This document shows positions 1-10,421 of a stretch of 64,000 nt of DNA, piece by piece. Each line of letters begins with the position of its first letter. The first letter of the stretch is position 1. The translations under genes and the position numbers were made by a program. The stretch lies in assembly GCA_018830295.1 (NCBI GenBank), contig JAHJSM010000001.1:129980-193979 (forward strand), given 5' to 3'. The stretch is from Patescibacteria group bacterium. Its GTDB lineage: Bacteria; Patescibacteriota; Minisyncoccia; Portnoybacterales; UBA2143. The notes below the pieces were generated by a model that did not search any database, had not been told where the DNA came from, and was given only the letters and a program-made list of their open reading frames with translations.

Positions 1-573
1 AAACCAAAAAAGCAATAAAAAAGCAAAAAAGAAAATCGAATGAATGGGAGATATTAATCTACTAGAAAGCATAAAATCTGCATAGGTTTGCTGATGAATA
101 AATAAATTCCAAACTCTTATAGGATTTATTAAATTAATTGATAACAAAACAGTTATTGAAGCAATCAAAGAAATTGATTTTCTTTTAGTTAATTGATAAA
201 GCAAGGCATAAATAAGCAAAAATACAAAAGCAGGAAAAAGAAATCTATTCAAGGTAATTGTATTAATTAAATTAAGTCCAAAAATTTGACCAGTAAAACT
301 TGAAATATTTTCGGGAAGGAAAGGAAATAAATAAGGCAAATCCTTGCCTTCTGCCCAGCCACTATTAGCAAGCATATAATGACCATCCCTAACTTCTTGG
401 ATACGCATTAAAAAAACATATTCATCGCTAGCTCCACCCAGAGCAATTCCTTCATAAGAATCTTTCTCTGTAAGTTGAAAATAAATTTGAGGAAAGGTAG
501 TGATTACCCCAATTAAAATAGAGGTAATAATAGCTAATTTATGAATAGATATAGTTTTAAAAAATATTTTCAT
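1..573 (-). CDS. Polytopic membrane protein, possibly GT-C fold glycosyltransferase (partial, runs off window start)
   Basis: Not in ORF track; ATG at 573 gives MKIFFKTISIHKLAIITSILIGVITTFPQIYF...GGASDEYVFLMRIQEVRDG... followed by hydrophobic helices; DE pair after first TM helix. Confidence 0.55.
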   Translation of the reverse strand, partial: MKIFFKTISIHKLAIITSILIGVITTFPQIYFQLTEKDSYEGIALGGASDEYVFLMRIQEVRDGHYMLANSGWAEGKDLPYLFPFLPENISSFTGQIFGLNLINTITLNRFLFPAFVFLLIYALLYQLTKRKSISLIASITVLLSINLINPIRVWNLFIHQQTYADFMLSSRLISPIHSIFFFAFLLLFWF

Positions 574-577
574 TTTA

Positions 578-1435
578 TTATTTCTTCTTACCTATAAAAT
601 AAAAGCCATATGCTATGTTTTCCGAGCTTTTAAATTTATAAATTAGATAATCAAAAATTTTTATTGGACTAGTAATAATCATAAAAAACATAAATAAAAA
701 CTGATGAAGTTTTTGAAAACCAAAACTTAAAAGCGTAGCTAACCATTCATTAACGATATAAAGCATTGCTGAAGTAGGACCGCATCTAATACCAATCTCC
801 TTTTCTTTAAAATCCTTTAAAAGTTCTCTTAGTCCTTGTTTTGACCAACGATAATAATCATTTGGAGAAGAATGAAAACTAGCCACAAAAGGCGCCGCTA
901 AATAAATCAATCCGTTTGGTTTTAAAACTCTATAAATTTCTTTAACAATTTTTTTAGGATTTTTTACATGTTCTAAAACAAATTCATTTATCACTACATC
1001 AACTGAATTATTGTCAAAAGGCAAACGAGAGATATCAGAGACTATGTCAACATTATTAAAAGGATAAAAATCTATATTTACTACATTGTTATTTATTTTC
1101 TTTATTCCAGAACCTAAGTTAATTATTAATTTATCAGATTCAATATTTTTAATTACTTTTTTAGCACTTTTACCAACAAAAGAAGCTCCAAAAGCATAAT
1201 AAAAAATAAAAAATAATCTTGGATATTTTTTAAATAAAATCTTTAATTTATTAACTATAATATCGCTACTTTCTCGATTTAAAATTTCTGTTTTATTATC
1301 TAAAAAATAGAGCTTATCACCTATTATTTTATAAACTTTGTTACAACCAGAACAAACTAAATTTTGACTATCTAAATTAAGTTTGTTATGACAATCTAAA
1401 CAAACTAAATTTTTAAGTATTCTTTCTTTAATCAT
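578..1435 (-). CDS. Class I SAM-dependent methyltransferase with N-terminal Trm112-like Zn ribbon
   Basis: CLDC...CSGC at N-terminus; INLGSG, VLEHV, YRVLKPNG motifs. Confidence 0.8.
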   Translation of the reverse strand: MIKERILKNLVCLDCHNKLNLDSQNLVCSGCNKVYKIIGDKLYFLDNKTEILNRESSDIIVNKLKILFKKYPRLFFIFYYAFGASFVGKSAKKVIKNIESDKLIINLGSGIKKINNNVVNIDFYPFNNVDIVSDISRLPFDNNSVDVVINEFVLEHVKNPKKIVKEIYRVLKPNGLIYLAAPFVASFHSSPNDYYRWSKQGLRELLKDFKEKEIGIRCGPTSAMLYIVNEWLATLLSFGFQKLHQFLFMFFMIITSPIKIFDYLIYKFKSSENIAYGFYFIGKKK

Positions 1436-2117
1436 TTATTTTCAACTTTAATTTAAATACATATCTTATTGGTATAAAATTATACGGAATACCCCTTACT
1501 TTCTCTATCGTATAATCATCAAAAATTAAATTTTTTATTTTTTTCAAATCAAAAGAATGTAAATGCCATTCATCATCCATTTTTTTAGATATGTTTGGAA
1601 AAAGAAAATTAAATATTTTCATTCTTTGTAGGACTACCTTGATTCGATTAATTAGTTTCTCGTTAGGCGCTGAAATAACAATAATACTATTGTTTTTAGA
1701 TATTTTTTTAATCTCTTTTAAAACCTTAACAGGATTTTCTACATGCTCTAAAACCTCACTGCAAATTATCTTATCATATTTATTTCGACTAATTTTTATT
1801 GGCAAATTTTCTGCATTACCATTTATAAACCTAATGTTTTTATATCTTTTTTTAGCAATATTTAAAATATATTGTGAAATATCTACTCCAATTAATTTAT
1901 TACTATTTATCTTGTTTAGAATATCACCTACTCCACATCCGATTTCAATAACAATGTCCTTTTTATTAATTTTTAAAAAACTTAAAATGCATTCAACTCT
2001 TTTGTGTTCAATAAATCTAATCACAAAATTAAAATTATCATGATAATGCTCTAAGTCAAATTTTTTAATCATTTCATTATTCCATTTTACGAAATTGTCA
2101 TATCTTTTATTGCTCAT
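1428..2117 (-). CDS. Class I SAM-dependent methyltransferase
   Basis: VIEIGCGVG, GVDIS, CSEVLEHV. Confidence 0.85.
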   Translation of the reverse strand: MSNKRYDNFVKWNNEMIKKFDLEHYHDNFNFVIRFIEHKRVECILSFLKINKKDIVIEIGCGVGDILNKINSNKLIGVDISQYILNIAKKRYKNIRFINGNAENLPIKISRNKYDKIICSEVLEHVENPVKVLKEIKKISKNNSIIVISAPNEKLINRIKVVLQRMKIFNFLFPNISKKMDDEWHLHSFDLKKIKNLIFDDYTIEKVRGIPYNFIPIRYVFKLKLKIND

Positions 2118-2121
2118 AAAA

Positions 2122-2889
2122 TTATTTCTTTTCGCCTAAAACTGTCCAACTATTGTTATTAACTGAATGAATTTCTATGTCTTTAATATTATCAAAATTT
2201 TCAAACAAATCTAATACCTCTTGTTTGGTCCAATAATTAGCAACTTTTGGAATCAATTGATCGAAAACAATACTATGAATATGCCAAAATTTAAAATCCG
2301 ACAACTGTTTCAAATATAATCCTGGACCATTAAATGTTTTGACTGAAATCCACAAAGGAATAGAAACAAAATAACTTAAAAAATGAACTAACCATAAAGG
2401 CAATTTAGAGGTGAGTGCTTTTCTAACTGGATCAACCAATTTAACTATCCATTCATTATTATTATACCCATAAACCCAAATCAGAACTTTTCCGCCCGGC
2501 CTAACAGCTTTGATTAAATTCTTAATAGCTTTCTTAGGATTTTCTAAATGATGAATAACCCCAATGCAAAATACTATATCAAATTTATCTTGCCAAGACA
2601 TTTCATAAATACTACCAAATTTAACACGAGCATTATTAAAACAAGACAAATTTTTCTTAGTTACGGCAACACTTCGTTTATCAAAATCAAAAGCCACCAA
2701 TTCTTTGGCCCCATATTTTAAAGACCAATAACTATTACGGCCCATGCCACATCCAGCATCTAAAACTTTTTTATCTTCAAAATCACTTGGTTTCAATGGC
2801 TTAATCCATTTACAAAATTGTAACTCGTAATTTAAATCTATTACATTATATTTTTGCCATTCATAACCAAAACGTTTTTCTGAACTCAT
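2122..2889 (-). CDS. Class I SAM-dependent methyltransferase
   Basis: VLDAGCGMGR, IGVIHHL, VRPGG; start moved to MSSEKRFG (ATG 2889) to avoid overlap with asnB. Confidence 0.85.
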   Translation of the reverse strand: MSSEKRFGYEWQKYNVIDLNYELQFCKWIKPLKPSDFEDKKVLDAGCGMGRNSYWSLKYGAKELVAFDFDKRSVAVTKKNLSCFNNARVKFGSIYEMSWQDKFDIVFCIGVIHHLENPKKAIKNLIKAVRPGGKVLIWVYGYNNNEWIVKLVDPVRKALTSKLPLWLVHFLSYFVSIPLWISVKTFNGPGLYLKQLSDFKFWHIHSIVFDQLIPKVANYWTKQEVLDLFENFDNIKDIEIHSVNNNSWTVLGEKK

Positions 2890-2893
2890 AATA

Positions 2894-4744
2894 TTATAAA
2901 TATCTTTTAGCCCAATTTTGGAAAACAATTAAATTCCATAATATCTTCCGGTTATCTCTTCTGTTTTTTAAATGATCGTTTATTAATTTTTCTACAAACT
3001 CATAATGAAATAAACCCGTCTTGTCTATCTCTGCTTGGCTAAGAATTTCCATCATATATCCCTTCAAATCTTTTTTAAGCCATCTTGTTAAAGGAACGCC
3101 GAACCCCTTTTTATTGCGATAAATAATATTCTTAGGCAATTTATCCTTCATTAATTCTTTCAAAATATATTTCGTCTCAAATCCTCGCAATTTATAATTC
3201 AAAGGAAGAGAATTAACAAAGTCAGCCAAGCGAAAATCTAAAAAGGGCGCTCGCGCTTCTAAACTATTATACATACTCGAGCGATCAACTTTGAATAAAA
3301 TATCATCTTGTAGGTAATATTTCAAGAATAAGGCGTTAATTTTATTTAAATAATTTTTGTCCTGATAATTTTTTAAAAAATCTCCGGCGAATTTAAATAA
3401 TTCTCCCGATTCAACTTTAAACTTAAATAGATTTTCAAACCCGCTAATATATCCGCCTATATTCAAAAAATCGCGAAATAAAGCGGGAAAAGAAACACTC
3501 TGCGCGTATCTTTTGATTTTATAAGAAAGAGTTAAATTTTTATCAGAAACCGGTAGTAATCTTTCTAAAAATTTAGCAAAATTAACTTTAGATTTTAAAT
3601 TGACTAGACCTAATGAGGAAATAATTTTCTGGACCTGATGATTTGGATAACCCATCAATAATTCATCGCCTCCATCTCCGCCTAAAGCAACCTTAACTTT
3701 TTCCGCCGTAAACTCCGAAAGCAGATATGTCGGCAAAATAGAGGGATCGCCAAATGGTTCATCTAATTTTTCAGTAATTTTTGGAATAACATTTAATAAA
3801 TCTTGCGGTCCGAATTCTCGGTGATAATGTTCTGTTTTTAATAATTTGGCCACTTGTTGAGCGTAAGAGGATTCATCAAAACTTGATTCGCTAAATCCAA
3901 TGGAAAATGTTTTAATATCTTCTTTTTGTTTTTTGGCAAAATACGCGATGGTTGAGGAATCAATCCCTCCAGATAAAAAGATTCCGACAGGGACATCCGC
4001 GACTAATCGTCTTTTAACCGAATCGTTTAATAATTCTCCAAAATTTTTAACCGCTGACGGAAAAGCCATTTCTTCTCCGCCAAATTCTATTTGATAATAT
4101 TTACCCAAACTAACTTTATTGTCCTTAAAAACAAGTAATGCTCCATTTTCAAGTTTATGAATATTTTTAAAAATTGTGAGCGGTTGCGGAACATAATCAA
4201 AAGAAAAATATTGTTCAACCGCCAATTGGTTTAATTCTTTTTTAACCGAAGGGTGACATAAAATCGCTTTCATTTCGGAAGCAAAAATTAAAGTATCCCC
4301 CGCTAATGTCCAATAGAACGGTTTTTGCCCATAGCGGTCGCGAGATAAAACAATCTTTTTTTGTAGGCCATCCCAAATAGCGATGGCGAACATCCCGTTA
4401 AATTTTTTAAAACAATCAACGCCATCTTCTTCATATTGATGGACAATAACCTCGCTATCTGTTTGGCTCTTAAACTTATGTCCGCGCGCAATTAAATCTT
4501 TTCTTAACTCTTGAAAATTATAAATTTCTCCGTTGAAAACAACTTGAATTGTTTCATCTTCATTACTAATCGGCTGGCGTCCTTTGTCGCTTAGGTCAAT
4601 AATAGAAAGTCGCTGATGCCCCAGACCAACTCCATCCTGAACAAAAAAACCCTTATCATTGGGTCCGCGATACTCCAGAGAATGCGTCATTCTTTCTAAA
4701 ATATCTCTGTTTCCTTTGCCGTGATAGCCAGCTAATCCGCACAT
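2894..4744 (-). CDS. asnB: Asparagine synthase (glutamine-hydrolysing) family amidotransferase, glycan-associated
   Basis: N-terminal MCGLAG Ntn cysteine, RGPND, FNGEIYNF, LSGGIDSS, GDGGDEL, KKGFGVP. Confidence 0.93.
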   Translation of the reverse strand: MCGLAGYHGKGNRDILERMTHSLEYRGPNDKGFFVQDGVGLGHQRLSIIDLSDKGRQPISNEDETIQVVFNGEIYNFQELRKDLIARGHKFKSQTDSEVIVHQYEEDGVDCFKKFNGMFAIAIWDGLQKKIVLSRDRYGQKPFYWTLAGDTLIFASEMKAILCHPSVKKELNQLAVEQYFSFDYVPQPLTIFKNIHKLENGALLVFKDNKVSLGKYYQIEFGGEEMAFPSAVKNFGELLNDSVKRRLVADVPVGIFLSGGIDSSTIAYFAKKQKEDIKTFSIGFSESSFDESSYAQQVAKLLKTEHYHREFGPQDLLNVIPKITEKLDEPFGDPSILPTYLLSEFTAEKVKVALGGDGGDELLMGYPNHQVQKIISSLGLVNLKSKVNFAKFLERLLPVSDKNLTLSYKIKRYAQSVSFPALFRDFLNIGGYISGFENLFKFKVESGELFKFAGDFLKNYQDKNYLNKINALFLKYYLQDDILFKVDRSSMYNSLEARAPFLDFRLADFVNSLPLNYKLRGFETKYILKELMKDKLPKNIIYRNKKGFGVPLTRWLKKDLKGYMMEILSQAEIDKTGLFHYEFVEKLINDHLKNRRDNRKILWNLIVFQNWAKRYL

Positions 4745-4745
4745 A

Positions 4746-5690
4746 TTAAAAATTAATTTTTTCTTTAATTAAATAAACTGATTTCTTTTGAGATTCGTAA
4801 TAAGTTCTTATCAATATTTCCGCTAAAAGACCCATTAAAATAAACTGAATGCCAATAATAACCAAGAACGCGGTCAATAGCGGCAATGGAGTTAAAATTA
4901 ACGATACTCCAAAAAAGAATCTAAGATATAAAGCTAAAAAACCTGATAAGAAACTAAAAAGAAACAACCAAAATCCAATTCTGCCAAAAAAATGCATTGG
5001 ACGATTTAAATAATCCGTTAAGAATCTAATTGTTAAGATGTCTAATAAAACACGGAAGGTTCGTCCTATCCCATATTTTGATTTTCCGTATTGCCTGGGC
5101 TCATAAGCAATTGGAATTTCAACTATTTTCGCGCCATACCACATTGCGTAAGCCGGAATAAAGCGATGCATATCGCCATAAAATTTAATATCCTTGATAA
5201 CATCTCTCCTATATGCCTTCATTGTGCATCCGTAATCGTGTAACTTTAGCCCAACTATTTTTGAAATTAGCAAATTAGCAATAAGAGAAGTTAATCTTCT
5301 GGTAAAAAAACTTTCTTCCCATCTATGTTTTCTCCATCCAGAAACAACATCATATCCTTCGTCTAATTTTTCTAAAAGATTAGGAATATCTTCTGGCTTA
5401 TTTTCTAAATCAGCATCAATGGGAACAATAATTTCTCCCTTTGACATATCTATTCCTGCTGAAATTGCCGCTGTTTGACCAAAGTTTTTCCTAAAATTAA
5501 TTACTTTAAACGCATTATCGTTTTGAGAAATCTCTTTAAGCGCTTGATAACTATTATCAGTTGAACCATCATTCACGGCAATTATTTCGTATTGCGCATC
5601 TAATATAGACAAAACTTCTTTAAGTTTTTGGTACAACTTAAAAATACTTTCTTCCTCATTATAAATTGGGATAATAATGCTTAATTTCAT
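4746..5690 (-). CDS. GT2 glycosyltransferase (ArnC/DPM1-like, polyprenol-phosphate type)
   Basis: IIIPIYNEEE, VNDGSTD, NFGQTAA, DADL, two C-terminal TM helices. Confidence 0.9.
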   Translation of the reverse strand: MKLSIIIPIYNEEESIFKLYQKLKEVLSILDAQYEIIAVNDGSTDNSYQALKEISQNDNAFKVINFRKNFGQTAAISAGIDMSKGEIIVPIDADLENKPEDIPNLLEKLDEGYDVVSGWRKHRWEESFFTRRLTSLIANLLISKIVGLKLHDYGCTMKAYRRDVIKDIKFYGDMHRFIPAYAMWYGAKIVEIPIAYEPRQYGKSKYGIGRTFRVLLDILTIRFLTDYLNRPMHFFGRIGFWLFLFSFLSGFLALYLRFFFGVSLILTPLPLLTAFLVIIGIQFILMGLLAEILIRTYYESQKKSVYLIKEKINF

Positions 5691-6811
5691 AATGGTTTAA
5701 TAAAAAGTAAAATATTTTTAACTCTTTCCGTCCAAGTATATTTCTGAACATTTTGCCATGCTTCTATTAGAATTTTAGCAGAAAAATCATCTTTTTTCAA
5801 CGCGCTCATAATTCCCTCTGCTAAAGCGCGCGAATTGTCTGGCTCAACTAAAACCGCATTGTTTTCGTTAAGAATTTCCCTCAAAGAAATCAAATCAGAA
5901 GCGACAATTGGTCTTTGGCTTGCCATATACTCAAACATTTTCATCGGCGAAGTCCAACTCTTGGAAATTTCCTCTTTGCCAGAATTAGGCAGAACCAAAA
6001 CATCGGCTGCTTTCAGATAATATGGAATTTCAGAATAAGGCCTGTGTCCCAAAATTAAAATATTATTTAAATTTTTGTTTTTATCTCTAAATCTTTCTTC
6101 ATCCTCTTTAGTCCCGCCAACAAAAACAACAATTGTGTCTTTTTCTAAAAATTTAGACGCGTTAGCCAATATTTGCGCTCCCTTCCATTTATATAAATGG
6201 CCACTATAAAGAACAATTTTTTTGTTTTGGGGCAAGTTTAATTTTTTTCTTGCCTCATCTTTTAAAATATCTATATCAAACTTACCTATATCAACCCCGT
6301 CTGGCGCGACTAAAATCTTATTCTCCGAAATCCCCTTTTCAATTAGAGATTTTTTTAATTGTTTGGTTATGACAATAACGGCTTTCGCTTTTTTGAAAAC
6401 CCTTTTGTGTAGAAAAAGATGTTTTGGCAAGTAATGAAGCTCTAAAATAAGATTTTTCTTAAAGAAAGATATTAGATACAAAAGAAAAGAATCCCGAGAA
6501 TAAATAATATCTGTTTTTTTGAATAATAAATAAAAAAATGCCGAAATAGAAAACGATAAACTTTGGACCCAAAAAAATATTTTAGGAATATTTAAAAAAA
6601 TGAAATCCAAAGAAAATATTTTTTTAATTTTAAAACTCTTTTTTACGCCATAAAAATCAAAAGAATTTTCTTTGATTTGATTAAACCGCCACGGCAAAAC
6701 TAATTCCAATTCTACTCCGGCATTTCCAAACGCCTCGCACATTTTCATAATTTGAATGCCGTGCGCTTTTTCTGTCGGTATTCTTGCATTAGTTAAATAA
6801 ACAAGTTTCAT
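5687..6811 (-). CDS. GT4 glycosyltransferase
   Basis: SPMKMFEYMASQRPIVASD GT-B C-terminal motif. Confidence 0.9.
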   Translation of the reverse strand: MKLVYLTNARIPTEKAHGIQIMKMCEAFGNAGVELELVLPWRFNQIKENSFDFYGVKKSFKIKKIFSLDFIFLNIPKIFFWVQSLSFSISAFFYLLFKKTDIIYSRDSFLLYLISFFKKNLILELHYLPKHLFLHKRVFKKAKAVIVITKQLKKSLIEKGISENKILVAPDGVDIGKFDIDILKDEARKKLNLPQNKKIVLYSGHLYKWKGAQILANASKFLEKDTIVVFVGGTKEDEERFRDKNKNLNNILILGHRPYSEIPYYLKAADVLVLPNSGKEEISKSWTSPMKMFEYMASQRPIVASDLISLREILNENNAVLVEPDNSRALAEGIMSALKKDDFSAKILIEAWQNVQKYTWTERVKNILLFIKPL

Positions 6812-7404
6812 TTTTTTAAGATATAAAAATGATGATACTGATTTTCAAAAGGGACAAAGTCATTTTGAATTTCAAAATATTTTTTGATAATGTTTCTTAT
6901 TTTCCTTGGTGAATACCCCTTTTTGCCTATTTCCCAATAATGAACTCTGCCTGATTTATGTTTTGGATGATAAGGAATCTTAAAGACAATTTTAATCTCT
7001 TTAATAAAAGGAATTTTAAAACTAATTTTAATCGGCGGACCAAAATGCGGCAAACTCAAAACGACATATTTTTTAGTTACCCTTTTTAATTCTAAGAGCG
7101 CCTTTTCGAAATCTTTAAAAGGTAAATGTTCTAAAATCTCCGCGCATAAAACAACACTAAATGAATTATTATCTATGGGCATTTTCATGACATCGGCTAT
7201 AAAATCAGGCCTCAAATCCTCGCTAATATCCAGGGTTTTTACTTTTAACCCCTGTTTTTTCAAACAATCAGCCACTGTCCCATTTCCGATGCCAATTTCC
7301 AAAACTGTTTTTGGTCTCAATTTCAAAACTTCGTCTATTTGATGCCAATAGCTTGTCCACCTATCTTTATAATCATATTTGAAAAAATTATAGTGTTTAT
7401 CCAT
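6808..7404 (-). CDS. Class I SAM-dependent methyltransferase
   Basis: VLEIGIGNG, CAEILEHLP. Confidence 0.85.
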   Translation of the reverse strand: MDKHYNFFKYDYKDRWTSYWHQIDEVLKLRPKTVLEIGIGNGTVADCLKKQGLKVKTLDISEDLRPDFIADVMKMPIDNNSFSVVLCAEILEHLPFKDFEKALLELKRVTKKYVVLSLPHFGPPIKISFKIPFIKEIKIVFKIPYHPKHKSGRVHYWEIGKKGYSPRKIRNIIKKYFEIQNDFVPFENQYHHFYILKK

Positions 7405-7410
7405 TAATAA

Positions 7411-8058
7411 TTATTTTTTAGCGATAATAAAATAACCAAGCGGGCAAGGATGAAGTTTTTTAATTTTTTTAGGAATTAACTTATCAAATAACAACGCCTT
7501 ACTAAAAGCAATTAATCTTATGAAATTAAATATAAAAAAATTATGTAACAAATATACAATTACTGAAAATCTTTCTCCATAAGGAATAATTTCAAAATCA
7601 GAAAAACCGCTTTTTCCCAGCGCTCTTTCCAACCCCTGCGAAGTCAGCCGCCTAAAATCATTTGGCTCCCTGGCCTCGTTGAAAATAAAAGGCGAACTAA
7701 TGAATAAACGACCTCCTTTTTTTAAAACTCGATGAATCTCTTTGAGCAATTTTTTCGGATTTTTGATAATATAGATAACATTAAAAAGAAAAATATTATC
7801 TATTGAATTATTATCTAAGGGCAGTGACTGATTTAAATCAATTTTTAAATCTGGCGACTTGTCTAAATTATAATCCGCTCTAATTATCTTAATTTTTTTA
7901 AAATCTAGATATTTATAATAACTTGGATTGCTTCCAGCCGCCAAATCAATGCAAATACCCTTTAATTCTCGGCAATGTTCTTGAACACGCCAATTAAAAA
8001 GAATCCGCGCTATGCTTTTGCCTTGAAAAACCTGCTTAATAAAATCAAAAAATTTCAT
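7411..8058 (-). CDS. Class I SAM-dependent methyltransferase (type 11-like)
   Basis: CIDLAAG, EIHRVLKKGG, PNDFRR. Confidence 0.75.
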   Translation of the reverse strand: MKFFDFIKQVFQGKSIARILFNWRVQEHCRELKGICIDLAAGSNPSYYKYLDFKKIKIIRADYNLDKSPDLKIDLNQSLPLDNNSIDNIFLFNVIYIIKNPKKLLKEIHRVLKKGGRLFISSPFIFNEAREPNDFRRLTSQGLERALGKSGFSDFEIIPYGERFSVIVYLLHNFFIFNFIRLIAFSKALLFDKLIPKKIKKLHPCPLGYFIIAKK

Positions 8059-8771
8059 AAATTTGCTCTAAATTGGACAAAAGAAGTTGTTGAATTAACA
8101 GAAACGCTTTTTAATTTAAATAAATTATCTCCTTGATTCACTTTTCCCCTTTCAACCGTCCGAGCTGCTTTAAAACCATTATTCTTTAAAGTATCTATAA
8201 TTTCTTTATTATATAATCCGCGAGGATAAGCAAAAAACTCGCATTTTTTACCAAGTTTTTTTTCTATTTCTTTTTTTGAATCAATAATTTCTTGTTGATT
8301 TGATTCTCGGTGATTAACCGTGTGCGGCTGAAAATCAACCAAACCGGAATTATGCATTTCTTGTATCTCATCCCAATTAAGCGCCTTTAATGTTATATTT
8401 TGAGAATTATTAATTTCTTTTCCAATTAACCCCGTAATCAAAAAAATGGTTGCTGGAAAATTATATTTTTTTAGAATGGGAAACACATTTGTGTAATTAT
8501 CATTATAGCCATCATCAAATGTTAAAACAACTATTTTTTTAGGTATTTTGTTGTTATATTTCAAAATATCAATCAGATCAGATAATTTAATAACATTATA
8601 ATTGTTATTTTTTAAATACTTCATCTGTGTTTCAAGCATTTCAGGCTTAACGGTAAAAAAAACATTATTATAATCTACCGAATGATACATCAAAATAGAA
8701 GCTCCTTTTTGACAAAGAAATAAATATTTAAAAAAATAAATAAAAATTTTAAGATATTTCTTTAAAAACAT
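8055..8771 (-). CDS. Polysaccharide deacetylase (CE4/NodB)
   Basis: ILMYHS, LTFDDGY, HTVNH, FAYPRG. Confidence 0.9.
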   Translation of the reverse strand: MFLKKYLKIFIYFFKYLFLCQKGASILMYHSVDYNNVFFTVKPEMLETQMKYLKNNNYNVIKLSDLIDILKYNNKIPKKIVVLTFDDGYNDNYTNVFPILKKYNFPATIFLITGLIGKEINNSQNITLKALNWDEIQEMHNSGLVDFQPHTVNHRESNQQEIIDSKKEIEKKLGKKCEFFAYPRGLYNKEIIDTLKNNGFKAARTVERGKVNQGDNLFKLKSVSVNSTTSFVQFRANL

Positions 8772-9813
8772 TGATTATTTTCAAAACCAAATTATCCAAA
8801 TTATGATTTTGGACCGACTGTTTTCTTAAATGTTTGCCAATTTCCTCCATCTTATCGCTTTGCGCCAAATTAAAAACTTTTTCAGATAAATCTATCGGGT
8901 CTTTTTCATTAAAAATCAACAAGTCGGCATAAGGAGAAAAATCATCTATAAATGTTTTGTTGCAAACCAAAACTGGCAAACCGCAAGCCATTGATTCCAA
9001 AACCGCTTTATCGGGCGAGCCGGTCGGACAAAGATTAACCGACAAATCAGATTCCTGGCAATACTTATACAATTCTTGATTGGGTATCGCTCCCTTAAAT
9101 TCAAAAATATCTTCCATCTTTTTATCGTGGATAATCTGTTTAATTTCGTCAAAATAAGATTGCTGACTTGGCAAGCCAGGACTGCCAATAATAGAAACTT
9201 TTATCGCTGAAGTAAATTTTTGATTGCTTCTTAAAATATCAACTGCCTTAATTAGGGTTTTGTAATCCTTAATCGGCGAAATCCGACCAATAGAAATAAT
9301 ACGGAAAACATCCCTCTTTTTCTTATTAACGGCTGGTCTGAATAAATCCGTATCAATCCCATGCCCAACCACATTTTTTTTCTTTGATTCCAACCCAAAT
9401 CCTTCTTGAGTGGGAGTAACAATTTTATCAGCCAAAATATTGATTAATCGAACTTTCCAATTGATCTCCTTGTGCGAATACCAAGTCACTGTCTTTTTTC
9501 TAAATATCTTGGCGTAAGGCGCGATTAAGATTGTGTATTCTGGGTTTTGATGGCAAAAAACTCCGTCAACTTCTCTAATAAATCTCAAGGCGCCTCTTTG
9601 AAAATTGATAAATTCTCTGAAACGATTTTTGCCTTTTTCTTTTCCCAAGGAAAAAACTTCAACATTATCTGGTAATCCCTCAAGATTGCCTTTTTCTAAA
9701 CAAATCACTTTCAAAACCTCCACATTAAGCGCGAATTTTTTGACCCACCCATAAGTAAAGCCCGCTTGAGCGTCGTCTCTATCAACTTTTCTTGTAATCA
9801 TCAATAATTTCAT
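8749..9813 (-). CDS. GT4 glycosyltransferase
   Basis: IGRISPIKD, DKAVLESMACGLPV. Confidence 0.88.
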   Translation of the reverse strand: MKLLMITRKVDRDDAQAGFTYGWVKKFALNVEVLKVICLEKGNLEGLPDNVEVFSLGKEKGKNRFREFINFQRGALRFIREVDGVFCHQNPEYTILIAPYAKIFRKKTVTWYSHKEINWKVRLINILADKIVTPTQEGFGLESKKKNVVGHGIDTDLFRPAVNKKKRDVFRIISIGRISPIKDYKTLIKAVDILRSNQKFTSAIKVSIIGSPGLPSQQSYFDEIKQIIHDKKMEDIFEFKGAIPNQELYKYCQESDLSVNLCPTGSPDKAVLESMACGLPVLVCNKTFIDDFSPYADLLIFNEKDPIDLSEKVFNLAQSDKMEEIGKHLRKQSVQNHNLDNLVLKIINVFKEIS

Positions 9814-9815
9814 AA

Positions 9816-10421
9816 TTATTTAATCAAAAACACATGATAGCCCGACGGCTGTTCCCCTGAAAAAAACCTGTCAAAAAACCTAATCAAAGTCGTTAAAATC
9901 CATATTTTTCTCAAGGGCGTTAAATTAAAAACTGTTTCCATATTTCCCCTGACTGGACAGATTTCAATTTCGCTAAAATTCCTAAACAAATATCTGATGC
10001 CATCGTCCGTATAGCGATAATAGTCCTTGTAAACGCCTTTGTGCGCGTGATAAGGGTATAAGAAAGGAACATAGACAAGACACTTGCCGCCAACTCTTAA
10101 AACCCGATAAATTTCCTGAGCAGCTTTTCTTGGTCTTGGAACATGTTCTAAAACCGCTTTGCAAATTACCGCGTCCAATGATTCGTCCTCTAACGGAAGA
10201 TTTTGAACATCGCCGATAATATCTGGCTTGTACGATGTTTCTTTATCTAAGACCCGATAATTTGTCTTCTCAAAAAGAACCTTAAATTTATCTAATCCCT
10301 TTTGAAAACGAAAACCGCCGCCAATATCTAAAATATTTTTTTCTTTGGCGATTTCTCTAATTTTATCCTCAAAAAACCTTTCCCACTTAGTCATAATTGT
10401 TTTTTGTTGATGTTTTTCCAA
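9816..10421 (-). CDS. Class I SAM-dependent methyltransferase
   Basis: ILDIGGG, AVLEHV, YRVLRVGG, DYYRYT; true start may be the second Met (MTKWERFF). Confidence 0.85.
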   Translation of the reverse strand: MEKHQQKTIMTKWERFFEDKIREIAKEKNILDIGGGFRFQKGLDKFKVLFEKTNYRVLDKETSYKPDIIGDVQNLPLEDESLDAVICKAVLEHVPRPRKAAQEIYRVLRVGGKCLVYVPFLYPYHAHKGVYKDYYRYTDDGIRYLFRNFSEIEICPVRGNMETVFNLTPLRKIWILTTLIRFFDRFFSGEQPSGYHVFLIK